A stretch of 64,000 bases of DNA from Mytilus trossulus (GCF_036588685.1 NC_086373.1:17856001-17920000); one strand, 5' to 3'; numbered from the stretch's first letter, positions 25,576-39,315 are shown. Notes: a model not told the origin generated them from the letters alone. Numbers and translations: made by a program.

Positions 25576-28574
25576 TTATATCTATGGTTTGACAGTGGTG
25601 TGTTTATCATATGATGTCATTTGTAGTTAGCACTTGTTATATCTATGGTTTGACAGTGGTGTGTATATCATATGATGTCATTTGTAGTTAGCACTTGTTA
25701 TATCTATGGTTTGACAGTGGTGTGTTTATCATATGATGTCATTTGTAGTTAGCACTTGTTATATCTATGGTTTGAGAGTGGTGTGTTTATCATATGATGT
25801 CATTTGTAGTTAGCACTTGATATATCTATGGTTTGACAGTGGTGTGTTTATCATATGATGTCATTTGTAGTTAGCACTTGTTATATCTATGGTTTGACAG
25901 TGGTGTGTTTATCATATGATGTCATTTGTAGTTAGCACTTGTTATATCTATGGTTTGACAGTGGTGTGTTTATCATATGATGTCATTTGTAGTTAGCACT
26001 AGTTATATCTATGGTTTGACAGTGGTGTGTTTATCATATGATGTCATTTGTAGTTTGCACTTGTTATATCTATGGTTTGACAGTGGTGTGTTTATCATAT
26101 GATGTCATTTGTAGTTAGCACTTGTTATATCTATGGTTTGACAGTGGTGTGTTTATCATATGATGTCATTTGTAGTTAGCACTTGTTATATCTATGGTTT
26201 GACAGTGGTGTGTTTATCATATGATGTCATTTGTAGTTAACACTTGTTATATCTATGGTTTGACAGTGGCGTGTTTATCATATGATGTCATTTGTAGTTA
26301 GCACTTGTTATATCTATGGTTTGACAGTGGTGTGTTTATCATATGATATCATTTGTAGTTAGCACTTGTTATATCTATGGTTTGACAGTGGTGTGTTTAT
26401 CATATGATGTCATTTGTAGTTAGCACTTGTTATATCTATGGTTTGACAGTGGTGTGTTTATCATATGATGTCATTTGTAGTTAGCACTTGTTATATCTAT
26501 GGTTTGACAGTGGTGTGTTTATCATATGATGTCATTTGTAGTTAGCACTTGTTATATCTATGGTTTGACAGTGGTGTGTTTATCATATGATGTCATTTGT
26601 AGTTAGCACTTGTTATATCTATGGTTTGACAGTGGTGTGTTTATCATATGATGTCATTTGTAGTTAGCACTTGTTATATCTATGGTTTGACAGTGGTGTG
26701 TTTATCATATGATGTCATTTGTAGTTAGCACTTGTTATATCTATGGTTTGACAGTGGTGTGTTTATCATATGATGTCATTTGTAGTTAGCACTTGTTATA
26801 TCTATGGTTTGACAGTGGTGTGTTTATCATATGATGTCATTTGTAGTTAGCACTTGTTATATCTATGGTTTGACAGTGGTGTGTTTATCATATGATATCA
26901 TTTGTAGTTAGCACTTGTTATATCTATGGTTTGACAGTGGTGTGTTTATCATATGATGTCATTTGTAGTTTGCACTTGTTATATCTATGGTTTGACAGTG
27001 GTGTGTTTATCATATGATGTCATTTGTAGTTAGCACTTGTTATATCTATGGTTTGACAGTGGTGTGTTTATCATATGATGTCATTTGTAGTTAGCACTTG
27101 TTATATCTATGGTTTGACAGTGGTGTGTTTATCATATGATGTCATTTGTAGTTAACACTTGTTATATCTATGGTTTGACAGTGGCGTGTTTATCATATGA
27201 TGTCATTTGTAGTTAGCACTTGTTATATCTATGGTTTGACAGTGGTGTGTTTATCATATGATATCATTTGTAGTTAGCACTTGTTATATCTATGGTTTGA
27301 CAGTGGTGTGTTTATCATATGATGTCATTTGTAGTTAGCACTTGTTATATCTATGGTTTGACAGTGGTGTGTTTATCATATGATGTCATTTGTAGTTAGC
27401 ACTTGTTATATCTATGGTTTGACAGTGGTGTGTTTATCATATGATGTCATTTGTAGTTAGCACTTGTTATATCTATGGTTTGACAGTGGTGTGTTTATCA
27501 TATGATGTCATTTGTAGTTAGCACTTGTTATATCTATGGTTTGACAGTGGTGTGTTTATCATATGATGTCATTTGTAGTTAGCACTTGTTATATCTATGG
27601 TTTGACAGTGGTGTGTTTATCATATGATGTCATTTGTAGTTAGCACTTGTTATATCTATGGTTTGACAGTGTTGTGTTTATCATATGATGTCATTTGTAG
27701 TTAGCACTTGTTATATCTATGGTTTGACAGTGGTGTGTTTATCATATGATGTCATTTGTAGTTAGCACTTGTTATATCTATGGTTTGACAGTGGTGTGTT
27801 TATCATATGATATCATTTGTAGTTAGCACTTGTTATATCTATGGTTTGACAGTGGTGTGTTTATCATATGATGTCATTTGTAGTTTGCACTTGTTATATC
27901 TATGGTTTGACAGTGGTGTGTTTATCATATGATGTCATTTGTAGTTAGCACTTGTTATATCTATGGTTTGACAGTGGTGTATTTATCATATGATGTCATT
28001 TGTAGTTAGCACTTGTTATATCTATGGTTTGACAGTGGTGTGTTTATCATATGACGTCATTTGTAGTTAGCACTAGTTATATCTATGGTTTGACAGTGGC
28101 GTGTTTATCATATGATGTCATTTGTAGTTAACACTTGTTATATCTATGGTTTGACAGTGGCGTGTTTATCATATGATGTCATTTGTAGTTAGCACTTGTT
28201 ATATCTATGGTTTGACAGTGGTGTGTTTATCATATGATATCATTTGTAGTTAGCACTTGATATATCTATGGTTTGACAGTGGTGTGTTTATCATATGACG
28301 TCATTTGTAGTTAGCACTAGTTATATCTATGGTTTGACAGTGGCGTGTTTATCATATGATGTCATTTGTAGTTAACACTTGTTATATCTATGGTTTGACA
28401 GTGGCGTGTTTATCATATGATGTCATTTGTAGTTAGCACTTGTTATATCTATGGTTTGACAGTGGTGTGTTTATCATATGATGTCATTTGTAGTTAACAC
28501 TTGTTATATCTATGGTTTGACAGTGGCGTGTTTATCATATGATGTCATTTGTAGTTAGCACTTGTTAAATCTAT
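25576..28574. repeat. Satellite part 2: 49 x 61-bp unit
   Basis: Unit ttatatctatggtttgacagtggtgtgtttatcatatgatgtcatttgtagttagcacttg. (28565-25576)/61 = 49 exactly. Confidence 0.97.
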
Positions 28575-28749
28575 CGCTTTGATACAATACCCTTGAAAGA
28601 AATGTAACCGCTCTAACGAATAAACGTTCATAAAGGTTTTTCATTGTGCTGGTTATGGTGTTGTTTCTTACTTCTGCTTCCAGTACATTTTGCATTTTCG
28701 CATTCTCACTTTGATTCTAGTATCACTAACAACTCAAAGGTGATACTTG

Positions 28750-28980
28750 AGTTACATATTTGTTTTTCGTTTATTTTTTTACATAAATAAGGCCGTTAGT
28801 TTTCTCGTTTGAATTGTTTTACATTGTCTTATCGGGACCTTTTATAGCTGACTGTATGCGTTATGGGCTTTGCTCATTGTTGAAGGCCGTACGGTGACCT
28901 GTAATTGTTAATGTTTGTGTCATTTTGGTCTTTTGTGGATAGTTGTCTCATTGGCAATCATACCACATCTTCTTTTTTAT
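28750..28980 (+). repeat. Interspersed repeat, family A
   Basis: Well-preserved copy ending ataccacatcttcttttttat. Confidence 0.85.
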
Positions 28981-29948
28981 AATAACTTAACATTTTGTTC
29001 AGGGAACAATAATGAAACAAACCCAAAGATGCAAAGATTTATTAGAAGTCCGGCTACGATCAATGGTAACATTATTGCAGACAACACGCATTTGAAGTTT
29101 GAAAGTATAATTTAAGAAAACATGATAATAAAATGATAAAAATGAAAACAAAGTACTATCTAAGTTAAAATCATGATAGATAAGTGTAAAGATATGTATT
29201 GAAACTCTAGTCAGTTTATAAATTGTATTCTGTGCTTTCACAAAAGAGGGACGAAAATACCAAAGGAAGTCAAACTCATAAATCACAAGCTACATACGAT
29301 ACCGTTTATGGTGTATAGTTACACTGCTAGATCTAAGATTTTTTCATTTAGATTTTATTTTGATGCACGATTCAAAATGGAAGATGATCTTCTTCTGTTA
29401 TCAGGGAATAAGAAAATAAGAAAAAGCGAAAGAGAAATGCGATGACAAAATGAAACAAGGACAACTGGTTTGTCTTCCGTTCGTTATTGTACAGTACTCT
29501 ATGTTTAGCTTTTGACTTTACACAGGGCTTGCTTCACACATTATAGTCACATCTTTAATCAAATGAACAATTTAAATAATAACTCAAATGTTGTTCGAAA
29601 ACAACTATTAGAATTTGAAACTTACTTAAGTTATAGATTTTACTGTCAAAAAGACAGGCATAATTTAGATATTTGTAATGTTAGCGTGTTGATGTATTGC
29701 TATTGTTGATCATTGTTAAGCGCCAGGGTAAAAACCAGAAAATTTAAATTCAGTTTCCTATATTGTTTTTAGGATCACTGTTTAGGTTAAAGTTGTTTTA
29801 TAAATATACATTAATGTGTGTCTTTTCTTTTCTCTTCATTGTAATCAAAAATTTAATTGTATTCAAATCATTGTAATCATTTGTACCAAATTTAACTTGT
29901 GATTATTCTACATGTAATGGCCATCTTTAATTGACAATAACATATATC

Positions 29949-30649
29949 GGGAGAGATCCGTTTGCGCCAAAAATGCGTCCTTTTGCGCCAACTTTTTACT
30001 CTAATGCTACGTTTGCACCACATGTTTTCAAATTACACAGTATCAGTTAATAAAAAATAAAACATACGATTGTGTCAATAAGAAAAAAAAAATAACTTCA
30101 CTACTTATTTATTCGGACTTGGAACCGGCAATTTAAATGCATGTGGTAGCCTATAACTTCACATTATTGTCCCAAAACACAATCATTGAAGGATGTAATG
30201 CATAAAACAGTTTATAATAATTTCTTATAATAATAAAGCTGATACGCATGGGGGAACAAAGCACTGTGTCATCAACATATGTGACTAAAACATATCAGCA
30301 AAAGCTTCTTTTTTCTTCTCTATTGGCATATCTTTATTAAATATTCAGCAAAGCAGAAAGTTTTATTCTCTCTCTGTACATTGACTGTCTAATGCATTTT
30401 AAGTCATTGCTCTGCAAATGCTTATCTTCAAGGTGAAATATCTCCGAACATAATTTATGATACTTTTTAAGCCAAAAATAAGAATAAAAATATAAATTCT
30501 ATTAATCATAAATATTTATGATAGATATGTGTACAGGTAAATTGGCGCAAATGAGTTCCGAATACTGGCGCAATTGATACATTTGAAAAACAAATTTGGC
30601 GCAAATGACACTCCTGAAAAACAGTAATTGGCGCAAAAGGACTGCTGTC
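29949..30649. mobile_element. Mutator-like element, TTGCGCCA family (copy 2)
   Basis: Left ttgcgcca and right tggcgcaa clusters. Both flanks share CATATAT (decayed TSD). Confidence 0.75.
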
Positions 30650-31653
30650 CATATATTTGATTTGATTTGATTTGCCTTGCTTCAGGGTGTCATAATTGTA
30701 CATAATTTGTTTAATATCGGGTACACATGGCCTTATTTATTGATAAACTTACCAATGTAATGTCCAAAAGTCAACACTGATATAATTTTGTAAGCAAGAT
30801 AACCTGGTCAATCCTTCTGTGGCAGTGAGGTTAATAACCAGCAGGATAATTAACATCTTCTCAATGACCAGTTGATTAACATTACACAGGGCACCTGGTT
30901 TCAGAGATTTTCAGGTTCAGCAGGTAATACTTTTTAATCTCAAACTAAATGGTTCGGTACCAGCAAATTTTACCGTTTTGAAATAAAAATCTCAAGTAAG
31001 TTATTTTTTTTAGATATACCAAATCGTTTGCACTCGTTCCTCAAACTAATTCTTGACTGGGAAAAAACCCCGAACAAACTACTAAATGTTTTTGATATTT
31101 AGTTATCATGGACAACATTTTCACCCGATACAGAAATCATTTTATCTCTTCAATAAGATATATTGCTACTTTTCTTCAACAAATTCGTTAATTTAATCCA
31201 AATGGTACTATTTCTGGCACAGTGGTTTTTGTTTTATGACTTCATTCGAAAATCATATAAAAAATGAATGACCGTATATGGGATAAAACTATAGAAATCA
31301 TAAAACAAATCCATATTTCTTGCTTTCATGTGCTGTGGCGGGCGCTATATATATTTTGCCTGTATAGCCGTTTCAGATCACCATCATCATTTAGAAACAA
31401 ATGCACCTAATTTTGAAAATTCTAGACTTGTTTTATTGTAAACACCTTGCTCTCTTACGAAACCATGCATCATACTTTATGGCTGTATAAAGTATAAAAA
31501 ACATTTATTGCACATTTGAACTTGGTCAGTAATATAAATGTCTTATATCTAATAAAATAAAACCCTTAAATACTGATATCGAGTTTGCTAGTTAACAAAA
31601 AATGAACTCATACATGTTACACGTCTCTTTTATTACAGCTCTTGATATTCAGC

Positions 31654-32469
31654 ATGGAAGTCTTAGATCACATAATACCAAGGGTCAACGAAATTGAATT
31701 CCGCAAACCATCGGTTAAGCTGTTTTGTATCTGTATTTCAGTAATTTTCTTTATTTGTGTGTTTGGATTTTCACATTTTATGGGAAAATTATTTAAAACG
31801 TACAAAACCCTGGAAAAGAAGGAACAGATATTTTGGAATCTTGCAATAGTGCGAGCAGTTTATGGAATACTTTGTACGGTAATTGGAATCTGGTCATTCT
31901 TTATCGACAGTGAACTAGAAAAAGATATAGTCTTCGGAACGACGCCAATAAGTTATTTTGCTCTTACTGCAACTGTTGGATTTTTTTGTTTTGAATGTCT
32001 GGCTGTTTCAATATCAGATATAGTGTATAAAAGGTTCAGTATTTTATTAAATATTCACCACTGGATATCGCTTGTTGGATTTTCCATTTTACTGATAGAA
32101 GATAGCAGCCATTTTTTCGGCACGAGAGGCCTCTTATTAGAAATGAGCACTCCATTTTCCGCCGTATGCTGGATATTTCTCAAAGCTGGAAAAGCAGACA
32201 CCTTGTTTTGGAAAGTTAACCAGTTTTTACTGGTTCATTCGTTTCATTTAAGATCAGTAGTCGAATGTTCAATTTGGTACGTTACTTACAAACACTGGAA
32301 TATAATATGGGAAACCATGCCAGTGGCTTTCTTTGTTTGTTTGTATACTCAACTAACACTGGTGACCTTCTGGATGACTCCGTATTGGACGTACAAAAAG
32401 ACTGTTCAAATGATAACTCCTGTGGATTGGAACTTTGAAGATGTTAAAACAAAAACAAAGACATCCTAA
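31654..32469 (+). CDS. CLN8: CLN8-like TLC-domain ER membrane protein, copy 2 (271 aa)
   Basis: Colinear with copy 1 (LNIHHW, LEMSTPF, FHLR, PYWTYKKT..PVDWNF). The true start is agcATGg at 31654, after a ttacAG acceptor at 31638. C-terminal KTKTS (KXKXX). Confidence 0.93.
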   Translation: MEVLDHIIPRVNEIEFRKPSVKLFCICISVIFFICVFGFSHFMGKLFKTYKTLEKKEQIFWNLAIVRAVYGILCTVIGIWSFFIDSELEKDIVFGTTPISYFALTATVGFFCFECLAVSISDIVYKRFSILLNIHHWISLVGFSILLIEDSSHFFGTRGLLLEMSTPFSAVCWIFLKAGKADTLFWKVNQFLLVHSFHLRSVVECSIWYVTYKHWNIIWETMPVAFFVCLYTQLTLVTFWMTPYWTYKKTVQMITPVDWNFEDVKTKTKTS

Positions 32470-32779
32470 AGACTTTAATAACTGTACAAGTCAGGCTCTT
32501 TATTGCAGTTAATCTATATGCAATGCATAAGGACCTTGCGACAAATGAAAGAGATTATATTTCACAATACATGTAGCTCCTTTTTTGCACTTTTACAAAT
32601 CGAATCATATATATTTATTGTCTTTCAAACAAATATTAACTAAATTTCAGATATAATAACTGCTCAAACTGCTGCCGAGTATTTTCAAATATCCTTTGTT
32701 TCAGGTTTTAATGATTTAGGAAATTGTGTCCTACACCCCTTGAGGATTGAATGTTCCTCATTTGCAAGTTTCAAAACAA

Positions 32780-33110
32780 GCGGGTTGGAATCCCGCTAAC
32801 ATGTTTAACCTCGCCACATTATTTATGTATGTCCCAAGTTAGGAGCCTGTAATTCAGTGGTTGTCGTTTGTTTATGTGTTACATACTAGTATTTGTTTTT
32901 TGTTCATTTTTTTTTATATAAATAAGGCCGTTAGTTTTTTCGTTTGAATTGTTTTACATTGTCTTATCGGGGCTTTTTATAGCTGACTATGCGGTATTGG
33001 CTTTGCTCATTGTTGAAGCCCGTACGGTGACCTATAGTTGTTAAAGTCTGTGTCATTTTGGTCTCGTGTGGACAGTTGTCTCATTGGCAATCATACCCAG
33101 CTTTTTTATA
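32780..33110 (+). repeat. Interspersed repeat, family A (longest copy)
   Basis: Starts with a gcgggttggaatcccgc hairpin; the rest is colinear with the other copies. Confidence 0.85.
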
Positions 33111-33419
33111 CTGTCTTCTCTTGGGATCATACATGTAACATATATAATCTTCGCTATTTTTAGCTTATGCCACGATGCTTAGTGCAACACTTTAGACTAA
33201 CAATCTCGTATACTAGGGTCGTGACCAACTACAAACTCAAAGTCGGTTTGTTTAAAATATATAAAATGGTGTGGTATGATTGCCAATGAGGAGAGGGGAT
33301 TACATAGTACCGTGCCGGTTAAACTGTCATTATACTGGAATAAAATGATAGACCTGTATTGATGGTGTTAACTATGTAACAAATAACAAGTCAATATATT
33401 CGATCCTAAATTAGTGATG

Positions 33420-33762
33420 CACAAATGAGAGAAAACTGATTATTTCATTGAATTTTTCAAGTCAAAGGACCATAACTCTGCACAAAATCATTAGACAGGA
33501 ATTATCAAATCAATATCTTCAAGCACGAAGTGAAAAATGAATATTTGAGTGAATTTACAGTCTTTAACTCAGGGCAAAATCATTAGATCAAGGCTGTAAC
33601 CTAATCTGTTGGTTGTAATGATAAAAGTATATACCAAATATCAAATCAAGAAAAATGTGTGGAAAACAGATTTGCCAGACTGACGGACGGACGATAGTCA
33701 GACAGAGTGCAAACCAAATATCCCTTAAAGGGCTTTCAGCTTCGTCGGTAAGGGACTAATAA
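33420..33762 (-). mobile_element. Helentron-associated (HINE/DINE-like) element, decayed
   Basis: cataactc subrepeats, a (gacg)n microsatellite and a terminal tccctta..taaggga inverted repeat: the layout of 57059-58405 reversed. Confidence 0.55.
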
Positions 33763-34029
33763 TCATAATTAAAAGGTAATGACTCATATGAAGAGCCAAT
33801 TAGTGAGTTCTACCTTGCTAATAAAAAAATACTATGAGATATCCATCCATGACACATAATCAGTACACGCACAACAATACACACAATATTTACAGGACCA
33901 GTGCTTTTAAGTGTGTTCTTCAACTCAGTCACATTGAGGAATTACAAACTCTGAGTTACAACAAAAACACCAAGACACTGCAAGTTAAAGAAAGTCCTTA
34001 ATTCACTTGTATATCCTGTTTTATAGTTG

Positions 34030-35395
34030 TTTCAAGTTTCTCGGTCAGTTTTTAGATTTCATTCATTGGTGTTCTGGCATTTTTCAATCTTTCAAGCACA
34101 ATATTAAACTCCTGAACAGTGAAAGGGGTATCGTCAATATCGAGATCATGACCTCTAATTTCCCATCAGTGACAATATATAAGAATTTGAAAAGCATTGG
34201 TTGAACGCTTCATAAGTTAATGCTAGACACGACTGGATACACCATTTTCAACAGAGAAAGTGGAAATCGTCAATATTAAACTAGACCTCCATTTTGTCAT
34301 CTGTAACAACATGTTAAAATTTGAAAAGCTTTTGTGAATGGTTAATGAATTTAAGCATGGACACTACTGGAAAGACTATTTTTCAATCTTTCAAGGACCC
34401 TAACTCTTAAAAATGAAAATCGTTAATATTAAAATTAACATCTATCTTGTCATCAGAATAAACAACTTGTTAAATTTTGGAAAGCTTTGGTTAAACGGTT
34501 CATGAGTAAAAGACATGTTTGGAAGCCGCCCATCTGCTTGGCCACTTTACATCCTCAAATCAATAATTGATTTGTCCTTCTGAAATCTGGTTAAAAATGC
34601 AATTTCATAGAAAGTCTAAAAGAACTACCAGTATTCCATTTAATTTTAATTGGAAGGAAACGGATGTTGACCTGCTTATCATTTTGACATTTTCGGGGTC
34701 GTCCTTGCATATGATGCAATGAAAAAAAGAACTGGCCTTTTAAAAAACCCCAAATGAAATAATCATTGTCCAGTTCCCTGACTGCTACAAACTGCTGATA
34801 AAAAAACTTAACTTTGATCACTGAACCATGAAAATGAGGTCAAGGTCAGATGACACCTGCCAGAAAAAAACAGACCAAAACACAAAAACTTAACTATAGC
34901 CACGAAAATGAGGACAAGGTCAAATGAGACAGGTACGTGTGACATGTACACTTTACAGCCCTTCTTTACACTGAATATACTATAACTATTGCCGAGTTAT
35001 AGTATCTGAGATTTGGACCACCAAAACTTAACCTTGTTCACTGATCCATGAAATGAGGTCGAAGTTATGTAAAAACTGTCTGACAGACATGAGAACTAAG
35101 TATGCACATACCAAAATATAGTTATCCTATTACATATAATAAGAGAGAATTGAACATAACAACAAACTTTTTTTTCAAGTAGTCACTGAACCATGAAAAT
35201 GAGGTCAAGGATATTGGACATGTGACTGACAGAAACTTAGTAGCATGGGGCATCTATATACAAAGTATGAAGCATCCAGATCTTCTACCTTCTAAAATAT
35301 GAAAGTTTTTTTTAAAGAAGTTAGCCAACACCGCCACTGGATCACTATCCCTATGTCGAAATTTCTGTGACAAAAGTCACAGGCTCGACAAAAAT
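34030..35395 (-). mobile_element. Cluster of HINE-like elements with internal subrepeats
   Basis: ~170-190-bp repeated units (atcgtcaatatt..; ccatgaaaatgaggtcaagg x3-4). Terminal gtcga..tgtgacaaaagtcaca..tcgac hairpin. Confidence 0.5.
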
Positions 35396-35714
35396 GAGAT
35401 TTTATAGGGGGAAATGCCATAGATCATTACTGTCAACATTCATTTAAAGATTATTTTGTTTGACTGATGACAAACATTGGAGGCCAAACTACAGAATATG
35501 CTCATGACACTCACATGTCATGTGAGCAAATAAGGATAGGTTAATTGCAAATCAATTTAGACAGAACAACAGAACACACACTTTGAACACCATAGAAACA
35601 ACAGATACGTAAACAAAAGACAAACAATACAAGCAATACATGCTCTCCCATATAAAATGTTATTTTCTATTATTGTATTGTCTAAAACTATGCATGAACA
35701 GGGAAATAATCACA

Positions 35715-35937
35715 ATAAGGAATTTGATGCCACTGTCAAACAAGTGAGAGATTCAGCTAGCTTTAAAACAAGGTTCATTCTATCATTTTCTACATAATAA
35801 AATGCCTGTACCAATTCAGAAATATAACAGTTATTATCCATTCATTTGATGTGTTTGAGCTTTTGATTTTGCCATTTGATTAGGGACTTTCCATTTTGGG
35901 TTTTCCTCGGAGCTCAGAATTGTTGTGATTTTACTTT
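35715..35937 (+). repeat. Interspersed repeat, family B
   Basis: Shared with 8660-8812 and 20815-20960. Confidence 0.75.
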
Positions 35938-36009
35938 ATGGAAAAGGCAGTAAAAAGGAGATAAGCATGAGTTCTAACATGGTTACCATAACCATTGAGA
36001 ACAAAACAA

Positions 36010-38683
36010 ATATGACATTATATTGCTTTATTCATAAAAACTGTTATTAAAATACATATTTACAAATCTCACAGCTATCAAAATGTGCATCTAAAACAAC
36101 TAGGCAGTGTGCCCGGCACTTAAATATTCTTTAACAAAACTCATATAACAGTTGCAAAAAAATAAAAACTCTGAAAAAGTATTTTTAAAATAAAATTGTC
36201 ATTAAAACTGGTATAAAATAATTTGCATATTTTATGTTTATTTATTGATTAAATATAACCTGTATACCATCATTCTGGAATGTTTGTTTTAACAAAAATC
36301 AACCCTAAGAACCCTTATAAAATTGAAAAATAGTATAGTGAACATTGGAAATTATTCAAACTAGAAACAAAACTTTGAATGAAACAATTTTACTACTGTA
36401 TCTAATAATGATAAGCTCAACTGCCTTGCAGCCTTCCTTTCTCTCTCAATGTTCATGTTTTTGTCTTATTTTTGGTTTTTGATGTTAAGATAAGTCAAGG
36501 TTATATCATCAATGTACAGTTAAAAAAAATAGTGATAAAGGTTATCATTAGCAAAAAAGACATATTGTTTCAGCTTTCTGTTAAACTATTTTTCAGACAG
36601 AGGGTACAATATTTTCCCAATTCAGAATTTTTGTACTGTATAACAGACACTGAATGAATTAAATGCAAGACTGCACAATTTATAAACACAATGATATCAA
36701 ACTAACATTAGAATATTAATGACACAGATCTCTATCAAATGATAACAATTTAAATACAGTGTAGGTATCACATCAGAGATAAAACGAGGTTAACAATTTG
36801 TTTTTAATCATATGAATCATTAAAATATAGCTCTATTTTTAGTTATTTATTTGTGTATATTTTAGATTTGGGCTGGTATAAAAATTGAGTCAAGTCTAAA
36901 AAGTCATTAGCAGCATTTTTTTTGTTTCCTGTACATGTATTATTTACTGCCACAAATAGCTCTTCATGACTGTCTATTTTAAAGTCATGACTTTTGATTG
37001 ACTTATGAATTAAAACTGACCAGCAGCCAATATAACTTGTTTATTGAGGATAATATTTTAATCCCATATGAATACAGCATGAATACCCAACAAAATGTGC
37101 ATTTGGTCATACTTTCCCTGATTCAGAATAAATATGTGATAATATTTTCTCCAGATTTGGAATAAATATATATGTGATAATATTTTCAATTGATAAGATG
37201 CATGATTTCACATATTTAACAGTATTATTTATTTGTTACACAGACTATCAATTAACTTCTTGTACAAAGTTTGTAGTTTGTTAACAGAGTATTTACAATT
37301 TGTAAAATTGAATAAAACGACTGAAAAATATGCTCCATAACACCATCTTCAAACATTCTAGTACCTCTGTTTGTCCAAGATTACATGCCGGTAAATAATA
37401 CCCATAATAATCTAGGATTTAAACTGCATAAATACAGATAAATCAAGTTAATTGATAAGTGAAAAGAAATAGCAGTACTAAAATAAGTTATTTGTTGAAC
37501 ATATTTTTAGTTACAATGTACATGTAGTTTAAAATACTTTTTAACGATGCGCTTTGAACATCAAATATCTAAGTGATATTTCCTTCAAATAACATGATTA
37601 AAGTGTTAAGGTTTATGTGTAATATTAGATTTATTTAAATCGGGCAGATAATAATTTTCCTGGCTTCTGTAGAAACAGAGGAATGCACAACAGAATACTG
37701 AACTATCAACATTTTTGATGGTACAAATGAAAAAGTTACCAACAAGATAATGTTCCCACAAACACATTAATTTTATTTATAGTTGTTTTCATATTTCATT
37801 TTTTGATAATTTGTAGAAAATTTCACATGTAAATCAGAAATTCCTCAAAAAACGGAATTTCTGATCAGATTATTCTTTGTTTACTCAAAGGATGATGAGA
37901 GATTTAAAACAAACATGATCTTTTTTATATAATAATCTACATTTTTATGGTGCCATTTATTTTGACAACAATCATATACCATCGGTATGAACATTAACGG
38001 ACTCTACAAACACAGCATAAAATGTGAGGTTGGTTCATGGAATGATGTAAGTGTTCATTTTCTTTAGTATGAGATCTAAATGAATATTGTTTTAACTACA
38101 TGATCTAAAAGTTTATAAACATAACAGATTTATAATCGTATTCAGTCTTCACATGAATTACATATTACATAAAAAACATAAAAAGCATAATATAAAACAT
38201 CAATCTACAGTTAAATGAAGCAAATTAAAAATATGACATAGAACTGTATATTATAGTATGATTAGTATACATAACTGGCTTAATGTCAGGGGTGTCATCA
38301 TATACAGTTATAAATCTATAGTTCACTTCAGTATTCCACATCATCCCAAATATTTTATTTTCGTATCTTCTCCAGTTTTTTCCCCTACTTTCTTAAACTT
38401 TTAAAAAAGTATTTTATTACCTGCTTTTTCAACAATGGGAATAGAAAAGCATCCATGTAATTGTGAAAAAATCCCATGGTTCAGGATGTTGTTCCATCAC
38501 TGACTTTTTAAACATGTTTCAAGAAAGCATTTAAGAATTATGTTATAGTTGCTGTCACTTGATCATACATAGTATGATAGTATACATGCATGCATGTAGT
38601 ACAGTATACAGCTAGCATATAATGACATCCCTAAAAATAAATCTAAGTCTGGAGCTTTCGTTAGATAATACAAATTATGAATA
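36010..38683 (-). other. Probable ~2.7-kb 3' UTR of PAK
   Basis: Repeat-free and A-rich on the + strand. AATAAA on the - strand at 36027-36032. Confidence 0.45.
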
Positions 38684-39002
38684 CTAATGTCCAGTGGCTT
38701 GTTTGGCTGCCACAATTAAAGGTCGCAAGGTTGTCAGTGGTCTGGCTTTAGTTAGAAATTTGTGGGCTAATAACTCCTGGGTATCGGCACGTTTTTCAAC
38801 TTCCACTTCCAGGCACCGGTCGAGGAAGTCTTTTAGTTCAGGAGACAGTTTTTCTGCATTTTTTATATCTGGTTTTCCTTTAGTTGCTATTCGATAAATA
38901 GCCTTCAGTGGGGTTTCATTCAAATAAGGTGGTTCCCCTTCCAACATTTCTATAATCATTATTCCCATACTCCAGATATCTACTTTCTTTCCGTAGTGTT
39001 TT
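38684..39002 (-). CDS. PAK: Group I p21-activated kinase, coding exon 6 (kinase C-lobe, stop)
   Basis: [35 protein letters not shown]...LRPLIVAAK. ttgtAG acceptor, phase 2. Confidence 0.95.
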
Positions 39003-39315
39003 CTACAATAGATTAAACCAAACACATATGTAAATATATTAGACAATTATTGTGGCTCACTTTTTTATTTGTATGCATGATGTGAATAATTATGCTTTCA
39101 CGATAAATTGTTAACAGTTTTTATTGTTAGTTATCCTTTCCTGATATTTTCAACTTTCTTGTCAGTCTTTATATGCTTTTCACAGCAAACTAAAATTATA
39201 TGGCATAGGTTTCATTTATTATTGAAGGTCAAACTGTGACTGATAATTGTTTATATCTTTGACTTTTTAGTCTTAAATGGATATTTGTCACATTGGAAAT
39301 CATACCAAATCTTAA

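Noticed and set aside
24365-28574. CRISPR-like look (33-bp repeat plus spacer)
   Set aside because: The linkers are near-identical within each block, there are no cas genes, and the context is eukaryotic. It is a satellite.
31642-31653. ORF-track start for CLN8 copy 2
   Set aside because: It is a TTG. The ATG at 31654 has Kozak context and aligns with copy 1.
39003-39046. N-terminal extensions of the PAK ORFs (also 40641-40663, 42938-43008, 44880-44945)
   Set aside because: Intronic read-through beyond clear splice sites.
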